From: Eledone cirrhosa
Lineage: Eukaryota
Direction: 5' to 3'
Length of the DNA: 64,000 bases
Assembly: GCA_964016885.1 (NCBI GenBank)
Contig: OZ024742.1
Span: 266,042,001 to 266,106,000 of the forward strand
The notes beneath the pieces were generated by a model. The model saw nothing but the letters and a program-made list of their open reading frames with translations. It did no database searches and was not told where the DNA came from. Below, piece by piece: positions 25,130-37,792 of this stretch. The position numbers and the translations under genes were made by a program. Each line of letters starts with the position of its first letter. Position 1 is the first letter of the stretch.

Positions 25130-28100
25130 CATTACAGTGATGTCATATACAACAGTGATGTCATACACTACAGTAAATATACAGTACAATGGTGTTATAT
25201 AGTACAGTAGTGTCATAGAATAGTGTTACAGAGTTCAATGATATCATACAGTAAAATGTAATTCAGTATAGTACATTAGTGTACTGTATGACATCACTGT
25301 ATATTAGTGCTGTGACATGCTGTAAAGTATTATACAATACAATGCAGTATTCTACTATTCAGAGTCATATACTAGTGCAATAAAGGGTTTTACAGTAGTG
25401 TTGTGAAATTCAGTGTGGTATAATAACATTCGGCTTCAGTTTAGTACATTAGATAGATCTATAGAACAGTGCAGTGTCATACAGTATAGCATATTAGCAT
25501 TCAGTGACATACAGCATATTAGCATTTGGTGCAATGCAGTACAGTATACCAGTGCTCAGTATTGTACAGTACAGTATACCAGTGTCATACAGTACACCCG
25601 TGTTCAGTGTCTTACAGTACAATATACCAGTGTTCAGTGTTCTACAATACAGTATACCATGTAGTGTCATACAGTACATTATGCCAGTGTTTAGTAGTGT
25701 CATACAGTACAGCATACCATGTACAGTGTCATACAGTATAGTATAAGAATGTTCAGCATACCATGTACAGTGTCATATAGTATAGTATACCAGTGTTCAG
25801 TGTCATACAGTATACCAGTGTTCAGTATCATACAGTACAGTATACCAGTGTTCAGTGTCATACAGTACAGTATACCAGTGTTCAGTGTCGTACAGTACAG
25901 TATACCAGTGTTCAGTGTCGTGCACTACAGTATACCAGTGTTCAATGTCATCCAGTACAGTATACCAGTGTTCAGTGTCATACAGTACAGTATACCAGTG
26001 TTCAGTGTCATACAGTACAGTATACCAGTGTTCAGTGTCATACAGTACAGTATACCAGTGTTCAGTGTCATACAGTACAGTATACCAGTGTTCAGTGTCG
26101 TACAGTACAGTATACCGGTGTTCGGTGTCATACAGTACAGTATACCAGTGTTCAGTGTCATACAGTACAGTATATCAGTGTTCAATGTCAAAGTAAAGTA
26201 TACCAGTGTTCAGTATCATACAGTGCAGTATACCAGTGTTCAATGTCATGCAGTACAGTATATCAGTGTTCAGTGTCATATAGTACAGTATACCAGTGTT
26301 CAGTGTCAAAGTAAAGTATACCAGTGTTCAGTATCATACAGTGCAGTATACAAGTGTTCAATGTCGTACAGTACAGTATACCAGTGTTCAGTGTCATACA
26401 GTACAGTACACCAGTGTTCAGTGTCATACAGTACAGTATACCAGTGTTCAGTGTCGTACAGTACAGTATATCAGTGTTCAGTGTCATACAGTACAGTATA
26501 TCAGTGTTCAGTGTCATACAGTACAGTATACCAGTGTTCAGTGTCGTACACTACAGTATACCAGTGTTCAGTGTCGTACACTACAGTATACCAGTGTTTA
26601 GTGTCGTACACTACAGTATACCAGTGTTCAATGTCATCCAGTACAGTATACCAGTGTTCAGTGTCGTACAATACAGTATACAAGTCTTCAGTGTCGTACA
26701 GTACAGTATACCAGCGTTCAGTGTCGTACAGTACAGTATACCAGTGTTCAGTGTCATACAGTACAGTATACCAGTGTTCAGTGTCGTACAGTACAGTATA
26801 CCAGTGTTCAGTGTCATACAGTACAGTATAACAGTGTTCAGTGTCGTACAGTACAGTACACCAGTATTCAGTGTCGTACAGTACAGTACACCAGTATTCA
26901 GTGTCATACAGTACAGTACACCAGTGTTCATTGTCGTACAGTACAGTATACCAGTGTTCAGTGTCGTACAGTACAGTATACCAGTGTTCAGTGTCATACA
27001 GTACAGTATACTAGTGTTCAGTGTCGTACAGTACAGTATACCAGTGTTCAGTGTCGTACAGTATACCAGTGTTCAATGTCGTACAGTACAGTATACCAGT
27101 GTTCAGTGTCGTACAGTACAGTATACCAGTGTTCAGTGTCGTACAGTACAGTATACCAGTGTTCAGTGTCATCCAGTACAGTATACCAGTGTTCAGTGTC
27201 GTACAGTACAGTATACCAGTGTTCAGTGTCGTACAGTACAGTACACCAGTGTTCAGTGTCATACAGTACAGTATATCAGTGGTCAGTGTCGTACAGTACA
27301 GTCCACCAGTGTTCAGTGTCGTACAGTACAGTATACCAGTGTTCAGTGTCATACAGTACATTATACCAGTGTTCAATGTCGTACAGTACAGTATACCAGT
27401 GTTCAGTGTCATGCAGTACAGTATATCAGTGTTCAGTGTCGTATAGTACAGTATACCAGTGTTCAGTGTCGTACAGTACAGTATACCAGTGTTCAGTGTC
27501 GTATAGTACAGTATACCAGTGTTCGGTGTCGTATAGTACAGTATACCAGTGTTCAGTGTCGTACAGTACAGTATACCAGTGTTCAGTGTCGTGCAGTACA
27601 GTATACCAGTGTTCAGTGTCGTACAGTATACCAATGTTCAGTGTCGTACAGTACATTATACCAGTGTTCAGTGTCATACAGTATACCAGTGTTCAGTGTC
27701 GTACAGTACAGTATACCAGTGTTCAGTGTCGTACAGTACAGTATACCAGTGTTCAGTGTCGTACAGTACAATATACCAGTGTTCAGTGTCGTACAGTACA
27801 GTATACCAGTATTCAGTGTCATACAGTACAGTATACCAGTGTTCAGTGTCGTATAGTACAGTATACCAGTGTTCAGTGTCGTATAGTACAGTATACCAGT
27901 GTTCAGTGTCGTACAGTACAGTATACCAGTGTTCAGTGTCGTACAGTACAGTATACCAGTGTTCAGTGTCGTACAGTACAGTATACCAGTGTTCAATGTC
28001 GTACAGTACAGTATACCAGTTTTCAGTGTCATACAGTACAGTATACCAGTGTTCAGTATCATACAGTACAGTATACCAGTGTTCAGTGTCATACAGTACA

Positions 28101-28255
28101 GTATACCAGTGTTCAGTGTCGTATAGTACAGTATACCAGTGTTCAGTGTCGTATAGTACAGTATACCAGTGTTCAGTGTCGTACAGTACAGTATACCAGT
28201 GTTCAGTGTCGTACAGTACAGTATACCAGTGTTCAGTGTCATGCAGTGCAGTGTC
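25130..28255. repeat. 30-bp satellite (tacagtacagtataccagtgttcagtgtcR)n; homogeneous core about 25790-28255 (roughly 80 units), degenerate left flank
   Basis: Directly visible; occasional 25-bp and 28-bp variant units. Confidence 0.98.
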
Positions 28256-28266
28256 TTCTCTCTTAC

Positions 28267-28359
28267 CATCTTTGCTGGAATCTCTTTCCTCCTCCTCTTC
28301 ATCCTCCTCCTCCTCCTCTTCAAAGAAGTACGTTGCCTCAACCGCACTCTCAGTCGAGT
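28267..28359 (-). CDS. TBC1D9: TBC1D9-like exon K (acidic)
   Basis: Junctions TTTCAG|AC and GATG|GTAAGA; encodes DSTESAVEATYFFEEEEEEDEEEEERDSSKD (vertebrate DSAFEATQYFFE); phase 1-1. Confidence 0.88.
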
Positions 28360-28759
28360 CTGAAATGAAATGATAATGACAGCTCGGGTATAAAGTGGTG
28401 GTGATGAGAGGGACAATAGAGGGATGGGGGTATTGTAGGAGAATTAGGGAGAGGCAAGAAGAGTTTTTAACCATAGCTCAGCTCCAAACAACTTAAAGGA
28501 TGTGGAGATTGCAACATGAAAAGGGTGAAGCGGGTAGAAAGTGTAACATGTATAGAGCATATAGGAAATATACGTGTATAAAATGTAGAGTGTAGTTTTG
28601 TGGGTTGAGAGAGTCTAGTATGTAGAGAGTTAAGCATGTGGAGAAAAATTGTAGCATGTAGCATGTAGAGCATGTAGAGTAGATTGTAGCATGTAGAGTA
28701 GAGTAGTTTGTAGAGTTGTGTAAATTGTTTAGAATAGAGTATGTACAGTTGTGTAGTTT

Positions 28760-28938
28760 AGCATGTAGAGTAGTATAGCATGTAGAGTAGTATAGCATGT
28801 AGAGTAGTATAGCATGTAGAGTAGTATAGCATGTAGAGTAGTATAGCATGTAGAGTAGTATAGCATGTAGAGTAGTATAGCATGTAGAGTAGTATAGCAT
28901 GTAGAGTAGTATAGCATGTAGAGTAGTATAGCATGTAG
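28760..28938. repeat. 17-bp minisatellite (gcatgtagagtagtata), about 10 copies
   Basis: Near-perfect tandem units, degenerate back to about 28650. Confidence 0.96.
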
Positions 28939-29157
28939 CTTTTCCAGCTTCACATTAACCTGAACCCATATATAGAGACTTCTATACTAAATAATAGCTA
29001 CTAGATATTACTGTTCTCCATGGTTACCTACTACTAATGTAGGCCTTCTCACTACATTTGAACTCAATAGAACCATACTTTCTGACAAGTCACTGAGACA
29101 AGAGGTCAATGAGATAACAATTATACATTATTATTATAAACAGATCATTATTATATA

Positions 29158-29352
29158 AGGGCGGTGGATTGGCAGTATCGGTAGAGAGTCGGACGCCATG
29201 TTTTCCAGCATAGTTACGCCCCTTTCTGATCTGAGTTCAAATCCTGCTGAGGTTGACTTTGCCTTTCATCCTTACAGGGTCGATAAAATAAAGTACCAGT
29301 AATGTACTGGGATAATTGCTGGCCTTGTGCCAAATGTAGAAACAATTATTAT
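29158..29352 (+). mobile_element. tRNA-derived SINE, family 1 (full-length example; about 20 more copies or fragments in the window)
   Basis: A box tggcagtatcgg, B box gagttcaaatcc, central gactttgcctttcatccttacagggtcgataaaataaagtaccag (resembles the Meta-SINE domain, from recall), tail gaaacaatt(att)n. Confidence 0.9.
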
Positions 29353-29869
29353 ATATTATCATTACAATGATATATTTATAATAATAATAATAATGATATA
29401 TTGCAATAATAATGATATACTTATAATAATAATATATTGCAATAATAATGATATTGTAATAACATATAATAATGATATATTGTAATGATAACAAATAATA
29501 ATGATATAATATATTGTAATAATAAAGATATTGTAATAATCATATTGAAATAATAATGATATTGCATTGATATTGTGATAATAATGACATTGCAATAATA
29601 AAGATATAGTGTAACAATGATATATTGTAATAATCATTTCTAATTTAGGCAGTAATTTGTGCAGAGGTTATTGTAGCTTCTATTGACCCGGGTATTTGAC
29701 TGGTACAATAGAAGGATGAAAGGCAAAGTTGACTTCAACAGGATTTGAATATAAAATACCAAACAAATGCTGCAAAACATTTTGTCCAACATTTCAATTC
29801 TATCATTCTAATGCACTTGAAATATTGTAATAATGACAATGATATATTGTGATAGTAATATTGGTGCAG

Positions 29870-30190
29870 GTATGACTGTGTGGATAAGGATTTTGTTTCA
29901 CAAGCACTTGCTTTCAGGTTCACTCCAACAGCATGGCACCTTGAGAAAGAGTCTTCTATTATAGCTTTGGGTTGACCAATGCCTTCTGAGTGAAATTTGG
30001 TAAACAAACTCATATGTGTGTGTATCTATGTTTATGTTTGAGTCTGTGTTTATGTACAGTAACTTAGTGGCTCAGCAAAATGAGACTGATAAAATAATTA
30101 CCAGACTTGAACATTAAATACTGGCCTTGATACGATTGACATAAATCCCTTTAAGGCAGTGCCTCTAATGATTGAAACCAGTAAAAGAAT
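29870..30190 (+). mobile_element. tRNA-derived SINE, family 2 (related copies near 6281, 17110, 20360, 51425)
   Basis: tgtgtggataag...ggttcactcc...ggcaccttgagaaagagtcttctattatagc...gtgaaatttggta pattern recurs. Confidence 0.65.
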
Positions 30191-31744
30191 ATAAGAATAT
30201 TGTTATAATGGTATAGTGTAATAATTGTTTCTACTTTTGGCACAAGGCCATCAATTACCCAGTACATTACTGGTACTTTATTTTATCGACCCCGTAAGGA
30301 TGAAAGGCAAAGTTAACCTCGGCGGGATTTGAACTCAGACCGCAAAGGGACGTAACTATATGATATATCAAATTGTCGCAGCATCAGAATATCTTAATAT
30401 AAATAGTGATTTAATGTATCGACAGAACATCGCAAATTTATGGGAAAAGGTATCTCATCATAAGTTATTACTCAAGTGGAGCTAGCTACTGACCTTTCAG
30501 ATGGGCTGGGGAAGGGTGTGCTTATGCCACACATACATCCCAGTGCTCTACCAAGTGTATTTTACTATGGCACCAGCTGAAGACCCCCCTCCAACCCATG
30601 GGTACTCTTATTGTATAGATTGCCAACACTAGGGAGGTTGTCATGCATTGTTGATTTAATTACTCCTCCAATTGTTGAATGTGCTTAAATAAGGTTAGTC
30701 CTTATTTTATTTACCATCACCCAACAACAGAATAAAAAGCAACGTTTAGCTCAATGATTTTGCCATGACCTACCACTGATTTCTGACAGTCAAAAGGCTA
30801 CACATTTTGGAAAAAGCTATGCTTGATTAACCTTTTCGATACCAAACCACCTGAAAATACCCTCATTCAATGTTACAAAGCTGTTTATAAATTATGAAAT
30901 GCTTAAATATATTTACAAACTTACATTATAATTTTATGTAAGAACCTTTTGTTAAGTGATGTTCCAAGCACCAACTTAATAATGACAAAGTTACTTCTAT
31001 TACTATATCCTCCAAATTCTTGGTTATTTTCAAAATTATTTGAAAAGCATAGGTAATGTCTTTAAAATGAAATGTAGTAATGAAAAAATTAAATGAAGCC
31101 TAATACTTGACTAATTTTATCAGCCAAGTTAGATTGAAAGAAAAATCAACCTTTGTAGGTTTTACATTCAGAATATATAGACATATATCTAAATATGTGC
31201 TGCTTCTGAAATCAACAGTTCTCAATAACAATTACTGTTTCTAACATAGACACAAAAATTGGTGGGAAAGAATTTAGTTGATTAAATCAACCTTAGTATT
31301 TGACTAGTATTATTTTATCAACCCCAGAATGATGAAAGACAAAATTGGCAGGATTTGAGCTCAAAATGTAAAACTGGAACAAATAGAGTGAGGTCAATCT
31401 GCCGACTTAATGATTCCTGACGTAAACAAAAGAATCAAAAATGTATAGAGAATGTTAAGTAGTCAACAAACTCAACAGGTATTTATTTTATCAAGACCTC
31501 ATCATTGAACAACAACAATAATTGTTTCTTAATTAGGGTAATAGATCAGAATTTGGGGGGGCAAGGGAGCAGTTGATTATATCAACCCAGTACTTGACTG
31601 GTACTTTACTTTGTCAACCCCAGACTGATGAAAACAAAGGGGAACTTGGTGAGATAGCAATTCAGAAAGTAAAGGAACATAACTCAGTTCTTCAGAACAT
31701 TTTATCTCTAACAATTCTAGCAATCCACCAACATAATAAGTCCT

Positions 31745-31900
31745 GTACGAGAATACCTCTGCAGTGGTAATCACCCCAGATAGTGAAACTGAGTCATTCA
31801 ACATTGACATAGGCATTGTTCAGGGTGACCCTCTCACCTTATTTCTCTCACTTCTTATTCATCATTTGTCTAAGCTGTGCATTGCACACTTAGGTCACTG
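31745..31900 (+). mobile_element. Short non-LTR RT fragment (RTE-like)
   Basis: VITPDSETESFNIDIGIVQGDPL. Confidence 0.6.
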
Positions 31901-32569
31901 AAACTGATGGCCAGACAATGAAACAATGCTGTAGTTGCCATCATCTTGCCAGGATCAACTGTGCTTTTCATCCTTTTGCAGTAGATAAAATAAAGTATTT
32001 GTCCAGACAAACGATTAGTGGGATTGCTCGAACATCAAATGAGAAGGCTTGTAGTATTTTTATTTTGGCTCTAGAGGTCTGTAACTTTGCTTGAGTACAC
32101 ACTTGATCACTGATGGCCCCTCCAAAGAAAAATGGATGTTACATGATGATGGTGATAATGAGTTGAAATTTAACATTTTTTGTATAGCCTACTTGAGTGG
32201 TCGACTTAATCCATTGCCTGGTTTAACACTACCACCTGGCCTCTGGGTAACTTTAGCAGAATGGACTGTGCTGCAAGCAGTTAAATCAGATCTCCCATTA
32301 AAGGATACCTTCCTTATTCCCCACTACCATCACCACCACCAGTCATAGAGGCCCTGAAAAAGTAAAGGGTCATAGGCACTGCCTTTTCTTCCCTGTCTAA
32401 ATAGTAAAAACAGAAAGAAAAAAAAAAAATAAGGAACAGTACTTCCAATGTATTCAACTAAACCACTGAAAAAGATTTGGTTGACCTAAGGCTGTTGGGG
32501 ATATTGGTCACCGAGATTGAACCTGAAACTACGGAGTTACAAATTGAAATTATTAACCTTACAGCCATG

Positions 32570-33372
32570 GTAGAACTCAGTGCATTACTGGTGCTATATT
32601 TTATCGACCCCATAAAGATGAAAGACAAAGCTAACTCCAACGGGATTTAAACTCTGAACATAAAGGGACGTAACTCTCTGCCCCAAAGCAGGGTGTCTGA
32701 AGCTCTACTGATACTGCCAATTCAGCACCCTTAATAATAATAATTGTTTCTACTTTTGGCACAAGGCCAGAAATTACCCAGTACATTACTGGTACTTTAT
32801 TTTATTGACCTCGTAAGGATGAAAGCAAAGTTAACATCGGCGGGATTTGAACTCAGAACGTAAAGGGACGCAACTCTCTGCCGCAAAGCAGGGTGTCTGA
32901 AGCTCTACCAATACTGCCAATTCAGCACCCTTAATAATAATAATAATAATGATTTCTAGTATAGGCACAAGGCCAGTAATTTGGGGGGAGGGGAAAGTCG
33001 ATTAAATCGACCCCAGTACGTTACTGGTGCTTTATTTTATCGACCCCGTAAGGATGAAAGGCAAAGTTAACCTCGGTGGGATTTGAACTCAGACCGTAAA
33101 GGGCCACAGCTCTATGCAGCAAAGCATGGTCCGGCCCCCCCACTGATACTGCCAATCCACCGTCCTATAACAATAATAATAATTGTTTCTACTTTAGGCA
33201 CAAGGCCAGCAATTACCCAGTACATTACTGGTACTTTATTTTATTGACCCTGTAAGGATGAAAGGCAAAGTTAACCTCGGTGGGATTTGAACTCAGACTG
33301 TAAAGGGACGTAACTATGCTAGAAAGCATGGCATCCGACTCTCTACCGATACTGCCAATTCCCCGCCTTAAC
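32570..33372 (-). mobile_element. Four head-to-tail family-1 SINEs
   Basis: Four consecutive copies separated only by (TAA)n tails. Confidence 0.92.
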
Positions 33373-33881
33373 AATATATAACATGCAATAGCTATCATTA
33401 TCATCATGTTGAGGTATTGTTCTAAACAGCAGCTGTTATGTATATGAAGTACAACAGCAGACAAACAGACAGACATGCATATTTAATTTGACTCATGCAA
33501 ACATGAAAGAAACAAAAAGTACTTAATGACCAACCAAAAGGTGGGGGGGAATGTGTGTAGGTGAATGTAAGTGAACATACATATACATATGTTGTGTTAC
33601 GTGTGTATTTAACCGTAAGTGTATACATGTGCCTATGTGAATGTACATGTGTGTAAGTGTATGCATGCTCACATTTACATGTGTGTGTTCATGTATACAA
33701 ACAAAGATAGAGTTGTGAATCCACAATTAAAGAGATTTATTTACTGAAACTTGTTCTTGCAACAAACTTATATCTTACACTACAAGATGTAGTGAACTTT
33801 GTAGCTTAAATATTGAACATCTAGTACTTAATGCTGTCAAAATATAGTGATTGAATGTAATCACACAGTTCTTTAACCCTT

Positions 33882-36419
33882 TGATATGAATGACCAGCTA
33901 GTTACCTGGTTCAAAGAAACTATTTTCCAATTTTAGTCTAAAACAAGTCACCGATAAAAACATCACCAAAACAAAATTGCATCCATCATGACTGACAATG
34001 CACATGTCACTGACAGCATAGCAATTACATTCACCCTCACTTGAAAATGTCTCATAAATCAAGCTTTTCTGGTGCTTCTCTGATACTCTGGGATCGACAT
34101 AGTTGAGGGGATTCGTCTTGTTCGGGGGACCATCGCTATGAGGCAAATGCATTCCAGTTAGATTTCTGTCTGGCTCTCGGGGACCATGGGTGTTTGAGTT
34201 AATTCATTGGGAGGATTGATTTTTCCTGGTGACACTAATTGCTTGGTAGATACCATGTTTCATGGCCATCTGAATAATGAACATGTGTATTGGGTGTTAG
34301 CTTCAATTAAATCAACTTGGTCGACGAGAAGGTCATACTTGCCTGATGCTCCAGTAGCTGAACATCTTTGATAGTTGAAGAGACTTTCATGAGGACTAGC
34401 GTTGGTGGGCGTACAAAGGAGATCTGACTGAATGTAGTGCATCTGGTAGAACCGTTTTCCATGAAGACACTGGAAAGCCACGAGTTTTCAAAGAGAGTAT
34501 TATTGATTTTCATATAATACTGTTATATTGCTCTACTTGACTGTTTTTGGTGGGATTATGCAGTGTTGTCCTATTTGTTGCAATACCCTTACGTTGGAAA
34601 CATGCACTGCTGTTAGTGACCCTGAATGGCATTCTAGTATATTGCCATAATTTACCGTCAGCTTCAAAGGCAGTGAATTGACTATCTTTTTTGGATAAAG
34701 GAATTTGATGGTATGCTGAATGTAAATCTATAGTACTGTAGACTTTATACTAGGCAATATTACTAACTCATCAATTTTTGGAAGCAAGTAGGTGTCAAGA
34801 TGTGTATATTTATTAATTGTCTCTGAATAGTCTACCACCATTCTTTGCTTTGTTTTCTCCTGTACAACAAGCACTTGAGATCTCCAAAGGGAATTACTCT
34901 GTTCAATAATGTCATAATGTCAGCATCTGCTAGGCAGCGTACTTCCAACTTGTACTTTCTATCATATTTTTGAGATTCGGCTGCAATAGGTTTACAGTCT
35001 TTGCTGAGATGTGCAAATAGTTCTAAGGGATCAGTTTTCATAGCTGTAAATTCAGTAAATGTTAATGGTGGTTTCTGTCCTCCATATTGAATAGTAATAC
35101 TTTTATGTTGTTCTTGGAAGTCAGTACCAAGAACTATGTGAGTGCATAGGTTTGTGAGCATGTACAGTTTCATGTTATTGTACAGTTGATTACCAAGGTT
35201 TATTGTTACAATATAATACCCGTTGGATTTGGCAGAGAAAGACACAGAAGCCATACCAATGAAGTTCTTCAATGGGATTGCTTTGAAGTTAAGTACATTA
35301 ACTAGTTTATCACTAATAAAACTTATGTCAGTACTATCGCTGTCAATCAATGTTTCAGCTTTGTAAATATCATTCAATATTACTGTGGTGGTTACAAGGA
35401 AGGGAGAACCTACTAATGCTGAAACTACTAAACACAAGTAATCATTATCCTTATTGTGCGGTATCACAGCTGCTGAGCTTCATCAAAAAGGTATTTTAAA
35501 ATGTCATATTTTCTTGCACTTATGACAGACTGCTTCTCACACAAGACAAAGGTTATGTGGGTGTCTATCATTGTCACAGAACCAACATTGAGATTTTGTT
35601 GTCTTCTGGATAGCAACAGAATATTCCTTTTCCAGCTTTGGGGATTCAACAGGCTTGGCTATGATGGATGAAGTTGGAACTTCAGCGTTGAAACAGACAC
35701 TACAACTTTGTTGGACTACATCTAGCCAACATGCTCGATCATATTCAGCATTGAGGTCTAACATGTTGTTTTCTAACAGTATTTGTCTCATTTTATTTTA
35801 ATTGAGTCCATTTATGCATCATTTCAGATTGGTATTGTTTAGCACTCACAGAAACAAAGTCACAGTCCTTGGCTAGTGTTATTGAGTTCGTTTAAGAACT
35901 GGTCAAAAGTTTCTCCTGGTTTCTGCCTTCTTGTAGCCAAAAGGTGGCGAGCTAGTATGATGTTCCTTGGTTTACTGAACACATTCTTTAGAGTTTGCAC
36001 AGCTTGTTCATAACTATCAACTTCACTGATGAATTCGTAGACATTAGGTTTAACATAATTGATCAATAAATTTAGTTTATTGACAGCTCTACCTTCCTCA
36101 CTTAGTAATGAGTCTATAAATGTCCTCAGCCAATGATTGAAAGTTTTATCTGTATTTGTGGTGTTTAGGTCGGTATTAAGTTTTTCTGGTTTCAGATGTC
36201 TTTCCATGGCAAGTCCTTGATAGTTTCTTTGATTGATATGAATGACTAGCTAGTTATCTGACTCAAAGAAACAATTTCCCAATCTTAGTCTAAAACAAGT
36301 CTGAAATCAGTGATAAAAACATCACCAAAACAAAATTGCATCCATCATGACTGATAATGTGCATGCTCTCTCTCACATGTCAAGGGAGGTCACTGACAGC
36401 ATAGCAATTTTCCATTACA
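33882..36419 (-). mobile_element. Ty3/Gypsy LTR retrotransposon, both LTRs present, integrase deleted
   Basis: LTRs 33882-34029 and 36234-36419 (TG...CA); TSD ccctt/ccatt; PPT aagtgagggtgaa; gag MERHLKPEKL..., knuckle CWFCDNDRHPHNLC, protease LIDSDST, RT IDLHSAYHQIPL and FTAFEADG. Confidence 0.93.
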
Positions 36420-36569
36420 CCATTTTGATAGCAACCCAGCCATAACTACCTCAGTTTCTCTGATACAAAACCACCCATTTTAAAGTAGCAATACTATGCA
36501 TCATATTCTTATATGACCCATCAGGTTCTGAGTTTACACTCTGTTATATTCAGGATTACCTTTCATTCT

Positions 36570-36962
36570 GGCCTAGATATGGAGCATCCAGCACTGAAAG
36601 ATGCTTGAGATGTAGTGATTGGTGTAGCAATGCCACATAACATTGGGAATTGTTCTGATGAGCTTTCCTCTTTGTTGCCTCATCTTCAGGAGTTTAAACA
36701 GAGCAAAAGATTAGTGGCTAGATTTCATATTTTTACATTTGAATTTCCTAGATGTAATCACAAATTCTATTCCAAGAGTTTCATCCCTCACATCTCGTAT
36801 ATGGAATTCTCTTCCAACCACTAGAATTTGCAAAAATTCAAAACCAATATCAATCCTCATCTTCTCTGTCCTTGAATTATCTTCTCTCTGTCTTGTCCTT
36901 TTCCTTTTTCAGTAACCCCTTGAACCTTAGTGGCATTATTGCCTTGCTTAGGGTAAGAAAAC
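36570..36962 (+). mobile_element. CR1/Crack-like LINE 3' fragment
   Basis: GNCSDELSSLLP...PRCNHKFYSKSFIP followed by a 3' UTR with a terminal stem-loop. Confidence 0.6.
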
Positions 36963-37004
36963 ACATGGCCTAGATATTGAATATCTATCACTGAATGATA
37001 TCAA

Positions 37005-37400
37005 GATGTAGCATTGAGTTACGGCCCTTTATGTTTTGAGTTCAAAACCCATCAAGGTTTTCATCCTTACGGGGGTCGATAAAATAAAGTACCAGTGTCA
37101 ATTTAATCAACTTTCCTCACCCCCAAAATTGCTGGCCTTGTGCCTAAATCAAATACCATTATAATTATTATTAGGGCAGTGGATTGGCAGTATCAGTAGA
37201 TCAATGGAAGCCATGCCTTGCAGTATATAGTTACGCCCCTTTGCATTGAGAGTTCAAATCCCGCCAAGGTTAGCTTTCCCTTTCCTCCTTATGGGGGGAG
37301 GCTCACTAAAATAATGTACCAGTAACACATTGGGGTCGTTTTAATCGCCTTTCCCTCTCCCCCAAAATTGTTGTGCCTAAATCAGGGACCATTACTAGCA
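37005..37400 (+). mobile_element. Two tandem family-1 SINEs
   Basis: B boxes near 37038 and 37249, central cores and att tails. Confidence 0.85.
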
Positions 37401-37614
37401 TAATGTTGTTAGTGTCATTGTTTAGTTGAAGAATGTGACATAGTATCCATAACCTTTTAAGGCTTTGTGTCAGAGAGAATATGTTATAAAGGGAGCTTAA
37501 TCTGCATAACTCAAGTGAGGAAATGATGAAGGAGCATAAAATGTATTGAAAGCTTGTGCACTGCATATAAATTAGCGCGTGAAGAAGAAAATAGTAGTTA
37601 AGCAGCTTACTTAC

Positions 37615-37792
37615 CTGAGAATGTAGACTTTGGTGTTTCAATCTCAAGAGATTCTGAGCCAAGTAGAGCAGGTGGTTGATGTAGTTGATAAAGCAGTTTA
37701 AGACGACTGGCCAGTTCACCTTTGCAAACTATACCCAGAATCCAGACAAATTCCTTGAAGTTAATCATATAGTCTTTATTTTCATCCAAAAA
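37615..37792 (-). CDS. TBC1D9: TBC1D9-like exon J (EF-hand)
   Basis: Junctions GCAG|TTT and TCAG|GTAAGT; encodes FLDENKDYMINFKEFVWILGIVCKGELASRLKLLYQLH..., with an EF-hand-type loop DENKDYMINFKE. Confidence 0.94.

Noticed and set aside
25413-28416. Many long ORFs (up to 510 aa) on both strands
   Set aside because: They are translations of a 30-bp satellite that is stop-free in several frames; there is no independent coding evidence.
29158-29245. tRNA gene (A and B boxes), also near 6281 and 11165
   Set aside because: No complete cloverleaf; each continues into a SINE body and tail.
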